From positions 22,534-86,533 of the forward strand of contig CAINLT010000126.1 of the NCBI GenBank assembly GCA_903850505.1: DNA of 64,000 nt, written 5' to 3'. A program made the position numbers and the translations under genes. This document shows positions 29,311 to 38,956 of this stretch, piece by piece (positions within the stretch are counted from its first letter, which is position 1; each line of letters opens with the position of its first letter). Origin of the DNA: an uncultured Myxococcales bacterium (GTDB taxonomy: Bacteria; Myxococcota_A; UBA9042). Below the pieces are notes generated by a model. That model searched no databases. It saw only the letters and a program-made list of their open reading frames with translations, and was not told the DNA's origin.

Positions 29311-30191
29311 CCCAGTATTTCGCGCCTGTCGCGCTGCTGACAATTTGGCTCCTGTGCTGCGGTTTTGGCCCGTATCGGCCACCCGGCGCGGGGGCTTTTT
29401 CCCTGGGTCAGGGCGACGCGGTCGTGGCCACGGGCGTCGGCACCGTCGCGCTCTACGCCAACCCGGCCAACATGGCGATGGTCAAGCGTCAGACCGTCGA
29501 CTTCGGCGGCACGCGCAATCCGGAGGCCGGCGCCTCGTCACTCAGCGTCGGCGGCGTCGACGGCACCTCCAGCTGGGGCCTGACCGCCGGCCTTGGCTAC
29601 AGCTACGACGTCAATTGGGGCATCGACGCCCCGCAGCGCGGCCTCCACGACTTGCGTTTCGGCCTCGCCGCCGCCGCGGAATCAGACGCAGGCCGCGTGA
29701 TGATCGGCGCTTCCGGGCGGTACATGACGGGCGACGTGATGAAGACCGGCCAGCACCTGGAAGGCTTCGGCACTGACATCGGCGTGGGCGCCGCACTTTC
29801 GGGTCTTCGCGCGGGTCTCGTGCTGCGCAACGCCGTGCGGGTGGACGAGGTCGAGACGCCGCGACGCGCTGCCGCCGGCGTCGGCTGGATCAACGAGCAC
29901 GTCCTTGTCGACGGCGACGCGGCGTGGGGACTCGACAGCAATTCCGGCCAGGCGTACCGCTTTGGCGTTGGCGTCCAACCCGGCGACGAGGGCTTCCAGG
30001 TCCGCGGCGGCTACGCGTACGACAAGACCGTGCCCCTCGATCCCACGCGGCATTTCGTGTCGCTCGGCGTTTCCTGGCGCGTCCCGACCTTCTCGCTTGA
30101 CTTGAGCGCCGCCGTGAACGTCGTGCGCCCGTCGGAGACCATCATCGCGCTGGGCGTCGGCTTCGTTCTTCCGGCCGCTGAAGACAACTGA
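29307..30191 (+). CDS. hypothetical Gly-rich outer-membrane-type protein
   Basis: Overlaps the MlaC stop (GTGTGA). Alternating Gly/hydrophobic beta-strand-like pattern. The start and signal are uncertain. Confidence 0.45.
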   Translation: MTQYFAPVALLTIWLLCCGFGPYRPPGAGAFSLGQGDAVVATGVGTVALYANPANMAMVKRQTVDFGGTRNPEAGASSLSVGGVDGTSSWGLTAGLGYSYDVNWGIDAPQRGLHDLRFGLAAAAESDAGRVMIGASGRYMTGDVMKTGQHLEGFGTDIGVGAALSGLRAGLVLRNAVRVDEVETPRRAAAGVGWINEHVLVDGDAAWGLDSNSGQAYRFGVGVQPGDEGFQVRGGYAYDKTVPLDPTRHFVSLGVSWRVPTFSLDLSAAVNVVRPSETIIALGVGFVLPAAEDN

Positions 30192-30198
30192 CCTGACG

Positions 30199-32559
30199 TC
30201 AGTCGCCGCGCTTCCATTCGCCCGGCTGCGTCGGCGCTTCCCACAGCTCTTCCAGGATTTGCGCGGGATTGCCCACCTCATCCAGCGCCGTTGGCCCCTC
30301 GTCGCCGCCGTGATCATCTTCCCATTCGCCGGCAAGCCGCGCGGCTTCCGTCTTCTTCGCTGCCTGTGCGCGGTCCCGGGCGATTTCCTTCTTGGACTTG
30401 CCCTTGGCCAGCTCGCGGGCGCGCGTGTTGCTGTGGAAAGTCAGCCAAATCAGGAAGTGAATCGGGTGAAAGTGGTCCAGCACGCCATCCCACGGCTCGC
30501 CCAGCACGCCAATGTGCTTGGCGACGTCCTGCGTCAGCCAGACAAACGGCAGTTGCCGGGCGATTTGCCGCGAGAACAGCGCATCGCGCATTGCGCCGTC
30601 GGCCTCCAGCAGATCACGCAGCTGCTTGGCCTTGTCGTCCCAGTTCTGCGCGCTCGCCAGCAGCTTCAGCCAATCCACCTGATCGGACCATTCTGACACA
30701 TGCCGCGTAATCGCCAGCCGCAGCCGGTCGCGCAGCTCCGGATCGTCGGGCTCGCGATAGAACGTCTCGATGTCGTCGGGCCGCACGCGCCGCCCCGCGC
30801 GCAGGAACGTCGGGTCCGGCTTGGCGGGCTTGCGGTCCACTGTCGGCAGCACCTGCCGCAGCAGGCTCTCGGAATCGACAACCAGGTTGTCGTCGTTGTC
30901 CGCTTCCACGTCGTACCAGAAGCGGCCGTGCACGCCCAAAAGATCCACGATGTTGCGCCATTGGCTGTTGGCAAAAATCTCCAGGTGCAGCACCGGCTCC
31001 AGGTCGTCCTCGTCGCCCGTCTCGCCCACGCGCCCGATCACCGTGCCCGCCGCCACGCGCCGCGCCGTCGGGCCGTCCACTGGCAACAGCGCCACTTCAC
31101 CGCGCCGCAGCGCGTCGATTCCCTCGCCGATCGCCGGCAGCAGCGGTTGCTCCTTCTTTGGCGCGTCGTCGTCGTCCTCGTCGCTTTCGCCTGCTTTGGG
31201 CGCCTTCTTCGGCTTGGCCGCCGCCGCTTCGCCTTCGCCTTCCTTGCCAGTCACGACCTGCTTGGCCAGCGTCAGCCACTCGGGCGCCGTTGCCTCATCC
31301 GCGCGCTTCTGGCCCTTCTTCTCGGCATCAGAAGCGTCCCGCTCGGGGTCAAAATGCAGGAGGTGCATGTACAGCGAGTAGAACACGAAGCGGCGTTCAT
31401 CCTTGGGATCGCCAAACAGCACTTCATGGCGCAGCAGCACAAAGTTGGCGCTTCCCAGCGGACCCGGCTCGGCGTTCCGCGCCGCCACTACGATGCCATC
31501 GGTCATCGCCCGCACTTCGGTCCCGCGCGCCGGAAACAGGTGCACACCGCCATGCCACTGGCCGCTCAGCCCGATCGGATAGTAGCCGCCCTTGCCCGCC
31601 AACTCCGTGTGCTGGAAATAGACCCGCGCAGCCGCCTCGACCTCCGCGTCGCCTTGCAGCCCCGCCAGCTCGACTTCCTTCTTGCTCTTGGGATCGGTCA
31701 GCGCGATCGGAAAGTGGTTGGTCTCTTCCGTCAGGCCGTAGATCAGCCGGTGCCAGTCAAAGCCCGGCCCCGGATCGAACTTCTCCGCCGTCAGGTGCAG
31801 GTGGCCGTACAGCCCAATGTCCGGGTTGTACTTCTCCACGACCGACCAAATCGGCGCGTTGTCCTCCGCCAGCGGCGCCATCAGCTTGAGCTTGGGCAGC
31901 AGGGACGCGAGCTTCTTGAGCAGCGCAATCAGCGCGCGGTACTGCGCATCCGTGTAGCCCCAACTCTGCCACGGCACGGTGTTGATCTCGATCGTCTCGG
32001 ACATCCGCCGCTCGCCCTGTGAACCGGCCGCGGGCGGCTTGCCTCCAGCGTGGTTGACCTGCAGGCAATTGACGTCGATCCCAATGGAGAAGTTGTTGAC
32101 GTTCTTGCGGAAATCCGGACTCGCGGCGTGAATCGCCATGCGCGCCACGTCCGTGCCCTGGTAGATTGTGCCGTCCCAGTCGATCATGAAATGCGTGGAA
32201 AAGCCGCGCATCTTGAGGATCTGGAAGCACGATCGCGAGTCGCTGGTGATGTCGCTGTGCAGCACCACCATGTCCACGACTTCCTGCGCATCCGGCAGCG
32301 ACTGGACTTCACGCCGCGTTTCGCCTTCCACGTGGCGCGTTTCGACGTACTTGCCCGGTCGCGTCGGTGGCTCGCCCAGCCGGGAGAAATCCCATTCCGG
32401 GTCGTCCAGGAACGTCACGACGCACTGGCCTTCCAGCTCAATCCGCTGCCCGGCCACGACAATCGTGCCGTGCGCCTTGGGATTGCGGCAATCGCTGGCC
32501 AGCGGGGCGGTCAGCGCGCCCGGCGGCGTCTCCAGCTTGGGATCGAGCATCTGCGCCAC
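30199..32559 (-). CDS. multidomain peptidoglycan hydrolase without signal peptide: Amidase_2 (PGRP/T7-lysozyme-like) + LytM/M23 domain split by an ~88-aa acidic/lysine-rich insertion + ~250-aa C-terminal domain
   Basis: Amidase_2: VVLHSDITSDSRSC...RGFSTHFMIDWDGTIYQG...AIHAAS...NFSIGIDVNC. M23 first half: WHGGVHLF...GIVVAA...FVLLRHE...YSLYMHL. M23 second half: GTVIGRVGETG...PVLHLEIF. These two halves are separated by KKGQKRADE...ESDEDDDDAPKKE. No N-terminal signal or TM segment. Confidence 0.75.
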   Translation of the reverse strand: MAQMLDPKLETPPGALTAPLASDCRNPKAHGTIVVAGQRIELEGQCVVTFLDDPEWDFSRLGEPPTRPGKYVETRHVEGETRREVQSLPDAQEVVDMVVLHSDITSDSRSCFQILKMRGFSTHFMIDWDGTIYQGTDVARMAIHAASPDFRKNVNNFSIGIDVNCLQVNHAGGKPPAAGSQGERRMSETIEINTVPWQSWGYTDAQYRALIALLKKLASLLPKLKLMAPLAEDNAPIWSVVEKYNPDIGLYGHLHLTAEKFDPGPGFDWHRLIYGLTEETNHFPIALTDPKSKKEVELAGLQGDAEVEAAARVYFQHTELAGKGGYYPIGLSGQWHGGVHLFPARGTEVRAMTDGIVVAARNAEPGPLGSANFVLLRHEVLFGDPKDERRFVFYSLYMHLLHFDPERDASDAEKKGQKRADEATAPEWLTLAKQVVTGKEGEGEAAAAKPKKAPKAGESDEDDDDAPKKEQPLLPAIGEGIDALRRGEVALLPVDGPTARRVAAGTVIGRVGETGDEDDLEPVLHLEIFANSQWRNIVDLLGVHGRFWYDVEADNDDNLVVDSESLLRQVLPTVDRKPAKPDPTFLRAGRRVRPDDIETFYREPDDPELRDRLRLAITRHVSEWSDQVDWLKLLASAQNWDDKAKQLRDLLEADGAMRDALFSRQIARQLPFVWLTQDVAKHIGVLGEPWDGVLDHFHPIHFLIWLTFHSNTRARELAKGKSKKEIARDRAQAAKKTEAARLAGEWEDDHGGDEGPTALDEVGNPAQILEELWEAPTQPGEWKRGD

Positions 32560-32562
32560 GGC

Positions 32563-34293
32563 TCAGGGCCCCTTCGCCGCGGGCTTGCGCAGCCGCCGCA
32601 GCAGTTTCAGGCCAATCAGCGCGACAAGGCCCAGCGCCATGATGCTGCCGACGATCGCGAGCACCCAACACAGCACCAGATAGGTCCGGTAGCCCAGCAC
32701 ATCCTGCAGTTGCGCGATCTTGCCGCGGACCGCCCGCTCCAGCAGCGCGCTGCGGGTCGGCGCGGGTGCAATCGCCACTTGCCGCGCGGCTGAGCGCAGC
32801 TTCGTCCGCGCGTCGCCGATGTGTCCGTCCGCCAAGCGCACCTTCACGCGCGCCTGCGCCGGGTCGACTTCCACTTCGAGCGCGAGGCTCAGCGCGGCGG
32901 GCCGATCCGCGCCATCCTCCTGGACTTGCTGGAAATCGAGCACGAGTTGGCCCGAGAGTTCGGCCATCGTCCCCAGCACTTCCTGGCCGATCGTATCCTC
33001 GGTCGCCGCCAGCCGCCACGTGCCGCCCGAGCGCTCCGCCAACAGGCGCAGCCGGTCCAACTCAAAATCCCGGCCGATCGCGCCCAGACCGACCGCGAAA
33101 ACGCGAATGCCCGCGGCGCGCAGCACGCCGAGCCAGTGTGTGGCGCGGGCCTTGAACTCCGCCTGCGACGCCGCGACGCGCTGGTCGAGGAAGGCGCCGA
33201 TGCAGGTCTTGAGCTGTTGCTTGTCCGTGATCCCCTGGCAATTCTTGGGCGGGTGCGCCTCGCACAGTTCCAGCTCGCGGAAGTAGCCGTCGCGGCCATC
33301 GCTCACCAGCACGATGACCGGCTCTTCGCCTGGCCGCGCGTCCAGCAGCAGCGTGGCGATCGCTTCGTCAAACGCGGATGTCGCAAACGCCAAGGGCTTG
33401 CCCGCGCTGGCGTCGCGATCGCGGGCCTCCTGTTGGCGGCTGGCGTTCCCGGCCTCAAACAGACCGAATCCCTCCAATTCTTCCGGCGGCGGCGCGCAGT
33501 AGCGCTTGACGTCATAGAACGGCGCGCCCAGCGCGAAGAGCCGGGGAAAATGACCCTTGAACGTCGCGGCCTTGACCTGCGCGCCGACGCGCTTGGCGTC
33601 GTCCTGCAGACCGCAAAGCCACGTTCCGGGCGGCGGCAGCGGATTGTCCTTGTTGTTGGCCTCGCCCGCGCTCAGCGACAGCTCCACGCCCGCGCGCGCC
33701 TCCGCCAGCGCCGTTTGGCACAATTCCTGGCGGCTCTCCACGTCGTCCAGTGCCCCCGTGTGGCCCTTGAGCGCATGGGCGCGATACAGCCGGTCGCCAT
33801 ACCACAGCGCGTTGACACGGTCGCCCGCCGCGAATTGCTTCCATCCGGCGCTGAGCGCGTCGCGCAGCCGCGGCCCCAACGTGCCGCTCCGCAGCGATTC
33901 GTGCTGATAGCCGGAAATCACGACCATCGCCGCCAGTGGCACCCCCGCCTTGTCGCGGGTCTGCAGCTTCGCGTCTTTCTGCGCTTCGTCCGGCTTGCCC
34001 TGGCGAAACAGCACCAGCGGCGCGGCGGACGGCTTCTTCGCATCGACGACCGCCAGCTTCTTGAGCGCCTTTGGCGGAATCGGTCGGCCCGTCGCGTCCA
34101 GCACGGTGGCCAGCACCCGCAGCTTGGGCCACTGGCTTGCGTCGATCGCGTCGATCCGCGCTTGCGGCAGCTCCACCTGCGGGATGGCTGGGGCGTCAGT
34201 CGGCGGCGCTGGCTCGGCCGCCGTCAGCAGTCGCAACGGCGCAATGATCAGCAGCAGGAGGGCCAACGGCGCGTGCAGGGCAGCGTGTTTCAT
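32563..34293 (-). CDS. von Willebrand factor A (VWA) domain protein with N-terminal signal peptide and C-terminal TM anchor
   Basis: Signal MKHAALHAPLALLLLIIAPLRLLTAA. VWA motifs VIVLVSDGRDG and IRVFAVGLG. C-terminal TM YLVLCWVLAIVGSIMALGLVALIGL followed by an RR-rich tail. Lies 3 nt upstream of the hydrolase gene. Confidence 0.75.
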   Translation of the reverse strand: MKHAALHAPLALLLLIIAPLRLLTAAEPAPPTDAPAIPQVELPQARIDAIDASQWPKLRVLATVLDATGRPIPPKALKKLAVVDAKKPSAAPLVLFRQGKPDEAQKDAKLQTRDKAGVPLAAMVVISGYQHESLRSGTLGPRLRDALSAGWKQFAAGDRVNALWYGDRLYRAHALKGHTGALDDVESRQELCQTALAEARAGVELSLSAGEANNKDNPLPPPGTWLCGLQDDAKRVGAQVKAATFKGHFPRLFALGAPFYDVKRYCAPPPEELEGFGLFEAGNASRQQEARDRDASAGKPLAFATSAFDEAIATLLLDARPGEEPVIVLVSDGRDGYFRELELCEAHPPKNCQGITDKQQLKTCIGAFLDQRVAASQAEFKARATHWLGVLRAAGIRVFAVGLGAIGRDFELDRLRLLAERSGGTWRLAATEDTIGQEVLGTMAELSGQLVLDFQQVQEDGADRPAALSLALEVEVDPAQARVKVRLADGHIGDARTKLRSAARQVAIAPAPTRSALLERAVRGKIAQLQDVLGYRTYLVLCWVLAIVGSIMALGLVALIGLKLLRRLRKPAAKGP

Positions 34294-34718
34294 GCGCTGA
34301 ACCGGAAGCGGCGGATCGCATAGCTGCCGGCGTCGTGGCGATCCAGCAGGCGGCCGCGACCGTCGCGCAACGTGAGCTGTACGTCGTACGTGCCGGCGAC
34401 CAGATCGGCGTACGGATAGGGCGTCACAAGCGCCAGTTCCTGGCCGGCGGACACGGGCTGTTCAGCGTGGCGGGACGCGATCTGGCTGCCGTCCGGGCGC
34501 CGGTGTCGCAGCTCGATCGCCAGTGAGGCACCCACGGGCACGTGCGCGGCCAGACGCACCAGCAGGTGCGCACCGGGCGCGGCGGCTTCACCGTCGATTT
34601 CCCAGCCGGATAGCCCGCGCCACGGGAGCACCGCGGCGATCGTAGAGACGGTAATGCACTGCAGGAAGGCGCGCCGACGCATGACCGGCAATGTACAGCG
34701 TGAATGCGCCGCTGTCAC
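34290..34718 (-). CDS. small secreted protein with Tat-like signal (RRRAFL)
   Basis: MTAAHSRCTLPVMRRRAFLQCITVSTIAAVLPW. An alternative start is at the internal ATG (~34682). The stop overlaps the VWA gene start (ATGA). Confidence 0.5.
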   Translation of the reverse strand: MTAAHSRCTLPVMRRRAFLQCITVSTIAAVLPWRGLSGWEIDGEAAAPGAHLLVRLAAHVPVGASLAIELRHRRPDGSQIASRHAEQPVSAGQELALVTPYPYADLVAGTYDVQLTLRDGRGRLLDRHDAGSYAIRRFRFSA

Positions 34719-34724
34719 GGTCGG

Positions 34725-35303
34725 TCAGTCGAACGTCCAGCCGATGCCGGCAAAGCCCATGACGCCGAAGTAGCTGAAGTTGTACATGGCGCGCAACCCG
34801 AGGTTCAGCAGGGTGTGCGGGCGATCGGCCGTGCTCGTCTGAAAGCGGATGCCGGCCTCGCCTGTGAAGGCCAGGGTCTCGGCCAGGTGCGTATCCGCCC
34901 AAATCGCCAGCACGCCGACCTCGGCGTAACCGCGCCAAGCATCCCAGGCGTTGTTGGCTGACTCCAGGCCGACCGCGCCGCCGCCCGCCAACCACGGATG
35001 CGCGGGAAAATCGCCCGCCGGCAACGTCGCGCCCAGCTCTGCTTCGAGCGCCATGTAGAAGTGCCGCATGTGTCTGCGGGCAGTGCCGCGAACCGCTAGC
35101 ACGTTGGCGCGCTGCACGTTGGGTTCGCAGGTCTTGCTCGGCACGTCAGTGCAGTAGACCGGCGCGCGCGTGTCGATGTCCATGGGCGATAGGCCAAAGC
35201 CGACGGAGATCTCACGCTCGGCGACGTCGTTGCGGTCGTAGTCCCGGGCGAGCGCCGGTTGGGCGACGAGGAAAACGGCAATCAGGGGGATCCAGCGCTG
35301 CAT
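34725..35303 (-). CDS. hypothetical secreted / outer-membrane protein
   Basis: ORF 34725..35462(-). Internal ATG gives the signal MQRWIPLIAVFLVAQPALA. C-terminal F/W-rich end (GIGWTFD) is OMP-like. Confidence 0.5.
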   Translation of the reverse strand: MQRWIPLIAVFLVAQPALARDYDRNDVAEREISVGFGLSPMDIDTRAPVYCTDVPSKTCEPNVQRANVLAVRGTARRHMRHFYMALEAELGATLPAGDFPAHPWLAGGGAVGLESANNAWDAWRGYAEVGVLAIWADTHLAETLAFTGEAGIRFQTSTADRPHTLLNLGLRAMYNFSYFGVMGFAGIGWTFD

Positions 35304-35394
35304 GGCGGCACGGTTTAGCGCACGCGGCGATCGGGCACAAGCTTCGCGATCCGCCGCGGGAATTTGGCTGGTGAATCCTGAAGCTGCGGCGCAG

Positions 35395-36762
35395 CTACAC
35401 CGCGGTCTGTACCGGATCGGCATCGAGAATCGACTCGCCGTGTTGGCTGAGGTCCAAACCAATGGCTTCCTGCTCCGATGAGACGCGCAGCGGCGAGAGC
35501 GCGTCGACGGCCTTGAAGATCAGCCAACTGCCGATCATCACGCCGATCGCGACGGCGACGAGCGCCACCATGTGGTGGACAAACAGCGTCGGATTGCCGT
35601 GCAGGAGACCGTTCTCGCCGCCCGCGTTCACTGTTTTGTCGGCCATCACGCCCGTCAGGATCATGCCGATGATGCCGCCGACGCCGTGGCAGGGAAAAAC
35701 GTCCAGCGTGTCGTCGACGCCCGCGCGCGTTTTCCAGTGCACGGCGAGGTTGGAAACGACGGATGCAAAGGCGCCGATGAAGATGCTGGAGCCGGTGCTC
35801 ACGTAGCCGGCGGCGGGCGTGATCGCGACGAGGCCCACGACCGCGCCGATACACGCGCCCATGGCCGTCGCCTTGCCGCCGCGGAGGCCGTCAACAAGCA
35901 GCCACGCGATCATCGCAGATGCGGACGCCGTGTTCGTGGTGAGGAAGGCGTGTACTGCGACGGTATTGGCGCCGAGCGCTGAGCCAGCGTTGAAGCCGAA
36001 CCAGCCAAACCACAGCATGCCGGTGCCAAGCAGCACAAACGGGATGTGCGCGGGGCTGTGCTGCTCGCCCTGCCGATGGTCCTGTCGCGGTCCGAGCACG
36101 AGCGCGCCGACGAGCGCCGCCAAGCCCGCGGACATGTGCACGACGGTGCCGCCAGCAAAATCCAGGACGCCGTATTTGTGCAGCAGGCCGTCCGGATGCC
36201 ACGTCATGTGCGCCAGCGGGCAGTAGATAAGGAGCGTGAACAGCGCGATGAACCAGATGTAGCTGGAGAAGCGCACGCGCTCGGCGAAGCTGCCGGTGAT
36301 CAGCGCGGGCGTGATGATGGCGAATTTCAGCTGGAAGATGGCGAAGAGCGCGAGCGGAAAGGTCGGCGACAGCGTCGCGTGCGGATCGCCGTCCACGCCG
36401 CGCATCATCAGGAATGTCAGCGGGTTGCCGATCACGCCGCCGATCGAATCGCCAAATGCCAGCGAGAAGCCCACGACCACCCACAGCACGCTGACCACGC
36501 CCATGGCGATGAAGCTCTGCAGCATCGTCGACAGCACGTTCTTGCCGCGCACCATGCCGCCGTAGAAGAACGACAGACCGGGCGTCATCAGGAGCACGAG
36601 AGCGCTGGCGGTGAGCATCCACGCGGTGTCGCCGGAATCGAGCTTGGCCGCCGCGCCGCTTGGCCCGGCAGGCGGCGTCATGGCCGCCCAGATGGCGATC
36701 GCAGTAAACGCGATGAAAGCGAGAAGCGGTTTGATTTTGTTGACTTGCGTGTCTGTTGTCAT
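35395..36762 (-). CDS. amt: ammonium transporter
   Basis: ORF 35395..36939(-). Start at MTTDTQVNKIKPLLAFIAF. Amt/MEP signatures DFAGGTVVHMSAG, GAVVGLVAITPAAG. 11 TM helices. Confidence 0.9.
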   Translation of the reverse strand: MTTDTQVNKIKPLLAFIAFTAIAIWAAMTPPAGPSGAAAKLDSGDTAWMLTASALVLLMTPGLSFFYGGMVRGKNVLSTMLQSFIAMGVVSVLWVVVGFSLAFGDSIGGVIGNPLTFLMMRGVDGDPHATLSPTFPLALFAIFQLKFAIITPALITGSFAERVRFSSYIWFIALFTLLIYCPLAHMTWHPDGLLHKYGVLDFAGGTVVHMSAGLAALVGALVLGPRQDHRQGEQHSPAHIPFVLLGTGMLWFGWFGFNAGSALGANTVAVHAFLTTNTASASAMIAWLLVDGLRGGKATAMGACIGAVVGLVAITPAAGYVSTGSSIFIGAFASVVSNLAVHWKTRAGVDDTLDVFPCHGVGGIIGMILTGVMADKTVNAGGENGLLHGNPTLFVHHMVALVAVAIGVMIGSWLIFKAVDALSPLRVSSEQEAIGLDLSQHGESILDADPVQTAV

Positions 36763-36974
36763 GTTCTTGGCGAAGGCTACTTGTTTCTGAAATGTGTCTA
36801 TAACGCGATGCGTCACTCTCCATGTACCGGACCGATTGGCTCGGCGCAAGGGTGAACTTGCGTTCGTTGCAGGAAAGTTGACGATCGGGGTGGAGGGCAA
36901 TGGAAGGCAACGTCGACCGGCAGGAACCACACCAGACACACGCCGCGGGGGATCAACGCGGCGCGTGCACTGGC

Positions 36975-38309
36975 ATGTCGGCCAAGGCCTTGGGGTCTTC
37001 GGGCGATCGCGGCCTGCCTGGGCCGGGCTTTCTTGGGGGAGGGTCTGGACCCGACCCAGGCAGTCGCAATCTATCTGCCCCTCAAACGCGACGTGGGGAG
37101 GAACATCGCGGCGGGCACACAGCTACAACGCACCACCCGCGGCATCTATTTCCGGTCGTGGCGCTGTGCGTCGCATTTTTTTTCACCGGCTGCCATGTCG
37201 CTGAAGTGCCGCCATTTTTTGCCAACGAGGACGCGACAATCGACAGCAGCGACGCATTCACCTGGGGCGACGATGCCTGGCGGGTGACCCTGCCGTCGGT
37301 CCAGGCCACGACCTCGTCCATCGGCTGGAGCGAAGCGGTGGCGTTCACCGTACCTGAGGGCACCACGGCCCTCCAGATCCAGCTTACCTCGCCGACTGGG
37401 CACGTGTTGCAGCTCGCTGAACTCGTCGCGCCGGATGCCGCCATCGTGCCCGGCGATTGGCTCAAGTTCGCCGATCAGCCATGGCTGTACCTCGGTGGCC
37501 AGGAGCGCGTGCGTGCGTCCGCGTGGCAAGCGGCTTTCCTTGTTCCGAACGCGCCGCAAATCGCCGTGACGCCCGGCGCGTGGCGGCTGCGCACTTTTGC
37601 CTTTGACTACGACCCGCAGACGGAGGCGCGTCAGCCGACGGCGACGACGCTGGACGTGCAAATTGACCTGCTGCACAAGCCGGACATCGCGGCGGGGACG
37701 ATCGACCTGAACCTGTGCCTGACCGGCGCGCGCGGGATTACGGCGGCGACGGCGCCCGACCATCCGCGCGTGCGCGACGCGCTGCAGGTGGTGGAGCAGG
37801 CGTGGGGGCCGGCGGGCATTCACGTGGGAACCGTGCGCTACTTTGACGTGCCGGCCAAAGCGCTGAGCGTGACGCACGACGACGGCGCGGATAGCCAACT
37901 CGCGGCGTTGTTGCGGCTGACGGCGGGCCAGCCGCCGGGCCTGCCGATCTTCCTGCTGGAATCGGTCGATCTGCAGACGGGCAGCGGCTTGGTGCCGGCG
38001 GCTGGCTTCACCGCGGGGCTGCCGACGCCGTTCGCCATGGGCGGGCCGCGGACGGGGATCGCCCTGGCGCTGAAATACGACGCGCCGGATATCCTCGGCG
38101 TGGTCATGGCCCACGAGATCGGACATTGCCTCGGTCTGTTCCACGTCGTGGAGGCCCATGCCCAGGGCGAGACGGCGATTGAAGATCGCCTGCCGGATAC
38201 CGCGCCGACGCCGGACAACCTGATGTACTACGCGCCTGACCCGGCGCGCCTCCAGCTGACAGCCCAGCAAGCCGCGGTGGCGCTGGGCGGACCGTGGGTG
38301 AAGCCATGA
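36975..38309 (+). CDS. metzincin-type zinc metalloprotease lipoprotein
   Basis: HEIGHCLGLFH (HExxHxxGxxH) plus Met-turn NLMYY. Lipobox FFFTGC. The start is uncertain: an ATG at about 36975 leaves a Gly-rich 60-aa leader, and a GTG at about 37158 gives only a 12-aa signal. Confidence 0.65.
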   Translation: MSAKALGSSGDRGLPGPGFLGGGSGPDPGSRNLSAPQTRRGEEHRGGHTATTHHPRHLFPVVALCVAFFFTGCHVAEVPPFFANEDATIDSSDAFTWGDDAWRVTLPSVQATTSSIGWSEAVAFTVPEGTTALQIQLTSPTGHVLQLAELVAPDAAIVPGDWLKFADQPWLYLGGQERVRASAWQAAFLVPNAPQIAVTPGAWRLRTFAFDYDPQTEARQPTATTLDVQIDLLHKPDIAAGTIDLNLCLTGARGITAATAPDHPRVRDALQVVEQAWGPAGIHVGTVRYFDVPAKALSVTHDDGADSQLAALLRLTAGQPPGLPIFLLESVDLQTGSGLVPAAGFTAGLPTPFAMGGPRTGIALALKYDAPDILGVVMAHEIGHCLGLFHVVEAHAQGETAIEDRLPDTAPTPDNLMYYAPDPARLQLTAQQAAVALGGPWVKP

Positions 38310-38905
38310 CTCGACACCCGCGCTGCGTTGCCGCACCATGCAGCGCGGAGGTTGCCGTGCGCGTTTGGATGCTGATTTGCCTGCTTTTTGCCTGGCCGGC
38401 GCACGCCGCTGAAGTTCCCGTCGCGCTGCGCAACTGGTTGCAAGCGCTGGATTCCGCGCCCACGCCCGCGCAAGTCCAGCGCGCTGGCGGGCCGCGGACG
38501 GTGGAGCTGCTGGATCAGGTCGTGCGGGACGGACATGAGGTTTCTTTCGTGCGCAGTCGCGCCATCGGCCTCCTGAGCCTGCTGGACGATCCGCCGGCCG
38601 AGGCGCGCATCCGCAAGCTGCTCACCCTGCGCGACGACAATCTGCGGGCAACCGCCGCGCTGGCCTGGCTCGCGGGTCCGGCGCATCGCCATCCGTCGGG
38701 AACGGCGGCGACCGTGGCGCTGCTCTTGGCCGATCCATCCGCAACGGTGCGCGCTGCGACCGCGCGGGGCTTGGGCTATTGCGTCGATCGGCCGCAGACC
38801 CGCGCGCTGGCGGTGCAACGGCGTGCGCGGGAGTCCGATGCGGGCGTGCGCGCGGCGCTGGATGCGGCGATTCGCAAGTTGGATGAACTGCCGGCGCACC
38901 GCTGA
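38306..38905 (+). CDS. secreted HEAT/PBS-lyase-repeat protein
   Basis: ATG overlaps the metalloprotease stop (ATGA). Signal MTRHPRCVAAPCSAEVAVRVWMLICLLFAWPAHA. Repeated helical A/R/L-rich HEAT-like units. Confidence 0.55.
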   Translation: MTRHPRCVAAPCSAEVAVRVWMLICLLFAWPAHAAEVPVALRNWLQALDSAPTPAQVQRAGGPRTVELLDQVVRDGHEVSFVRSRAIGLLSLLDDPPAEARIRKLLTLRDDNLRATAALAWLAGPAHRHPSGTAATVALLLADPSATVRAATARGLGYCVDRPQTRALAVQRRARESDAGVRAALDAAIRKLDELPAHR

Positions 38906-38956
38906 ATTGTCCGCGGGCGCCAGCCGTTGAGTCAGGCAGCTACCCCGGAGCTGTCC

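Noticed and set aside
28327-29382. 351-aa ORF on - strand
   Set aside because: It is antisense to the TolC C-terminus and MlaC. Arg/Leu-rich.
36763-36974. Possible sigma-54 (-24/-12) promoter upstream of amt
   Set aside because: Only weak GG/GC spacing matches were seen on either strand. Not convincing without a PWM scan.
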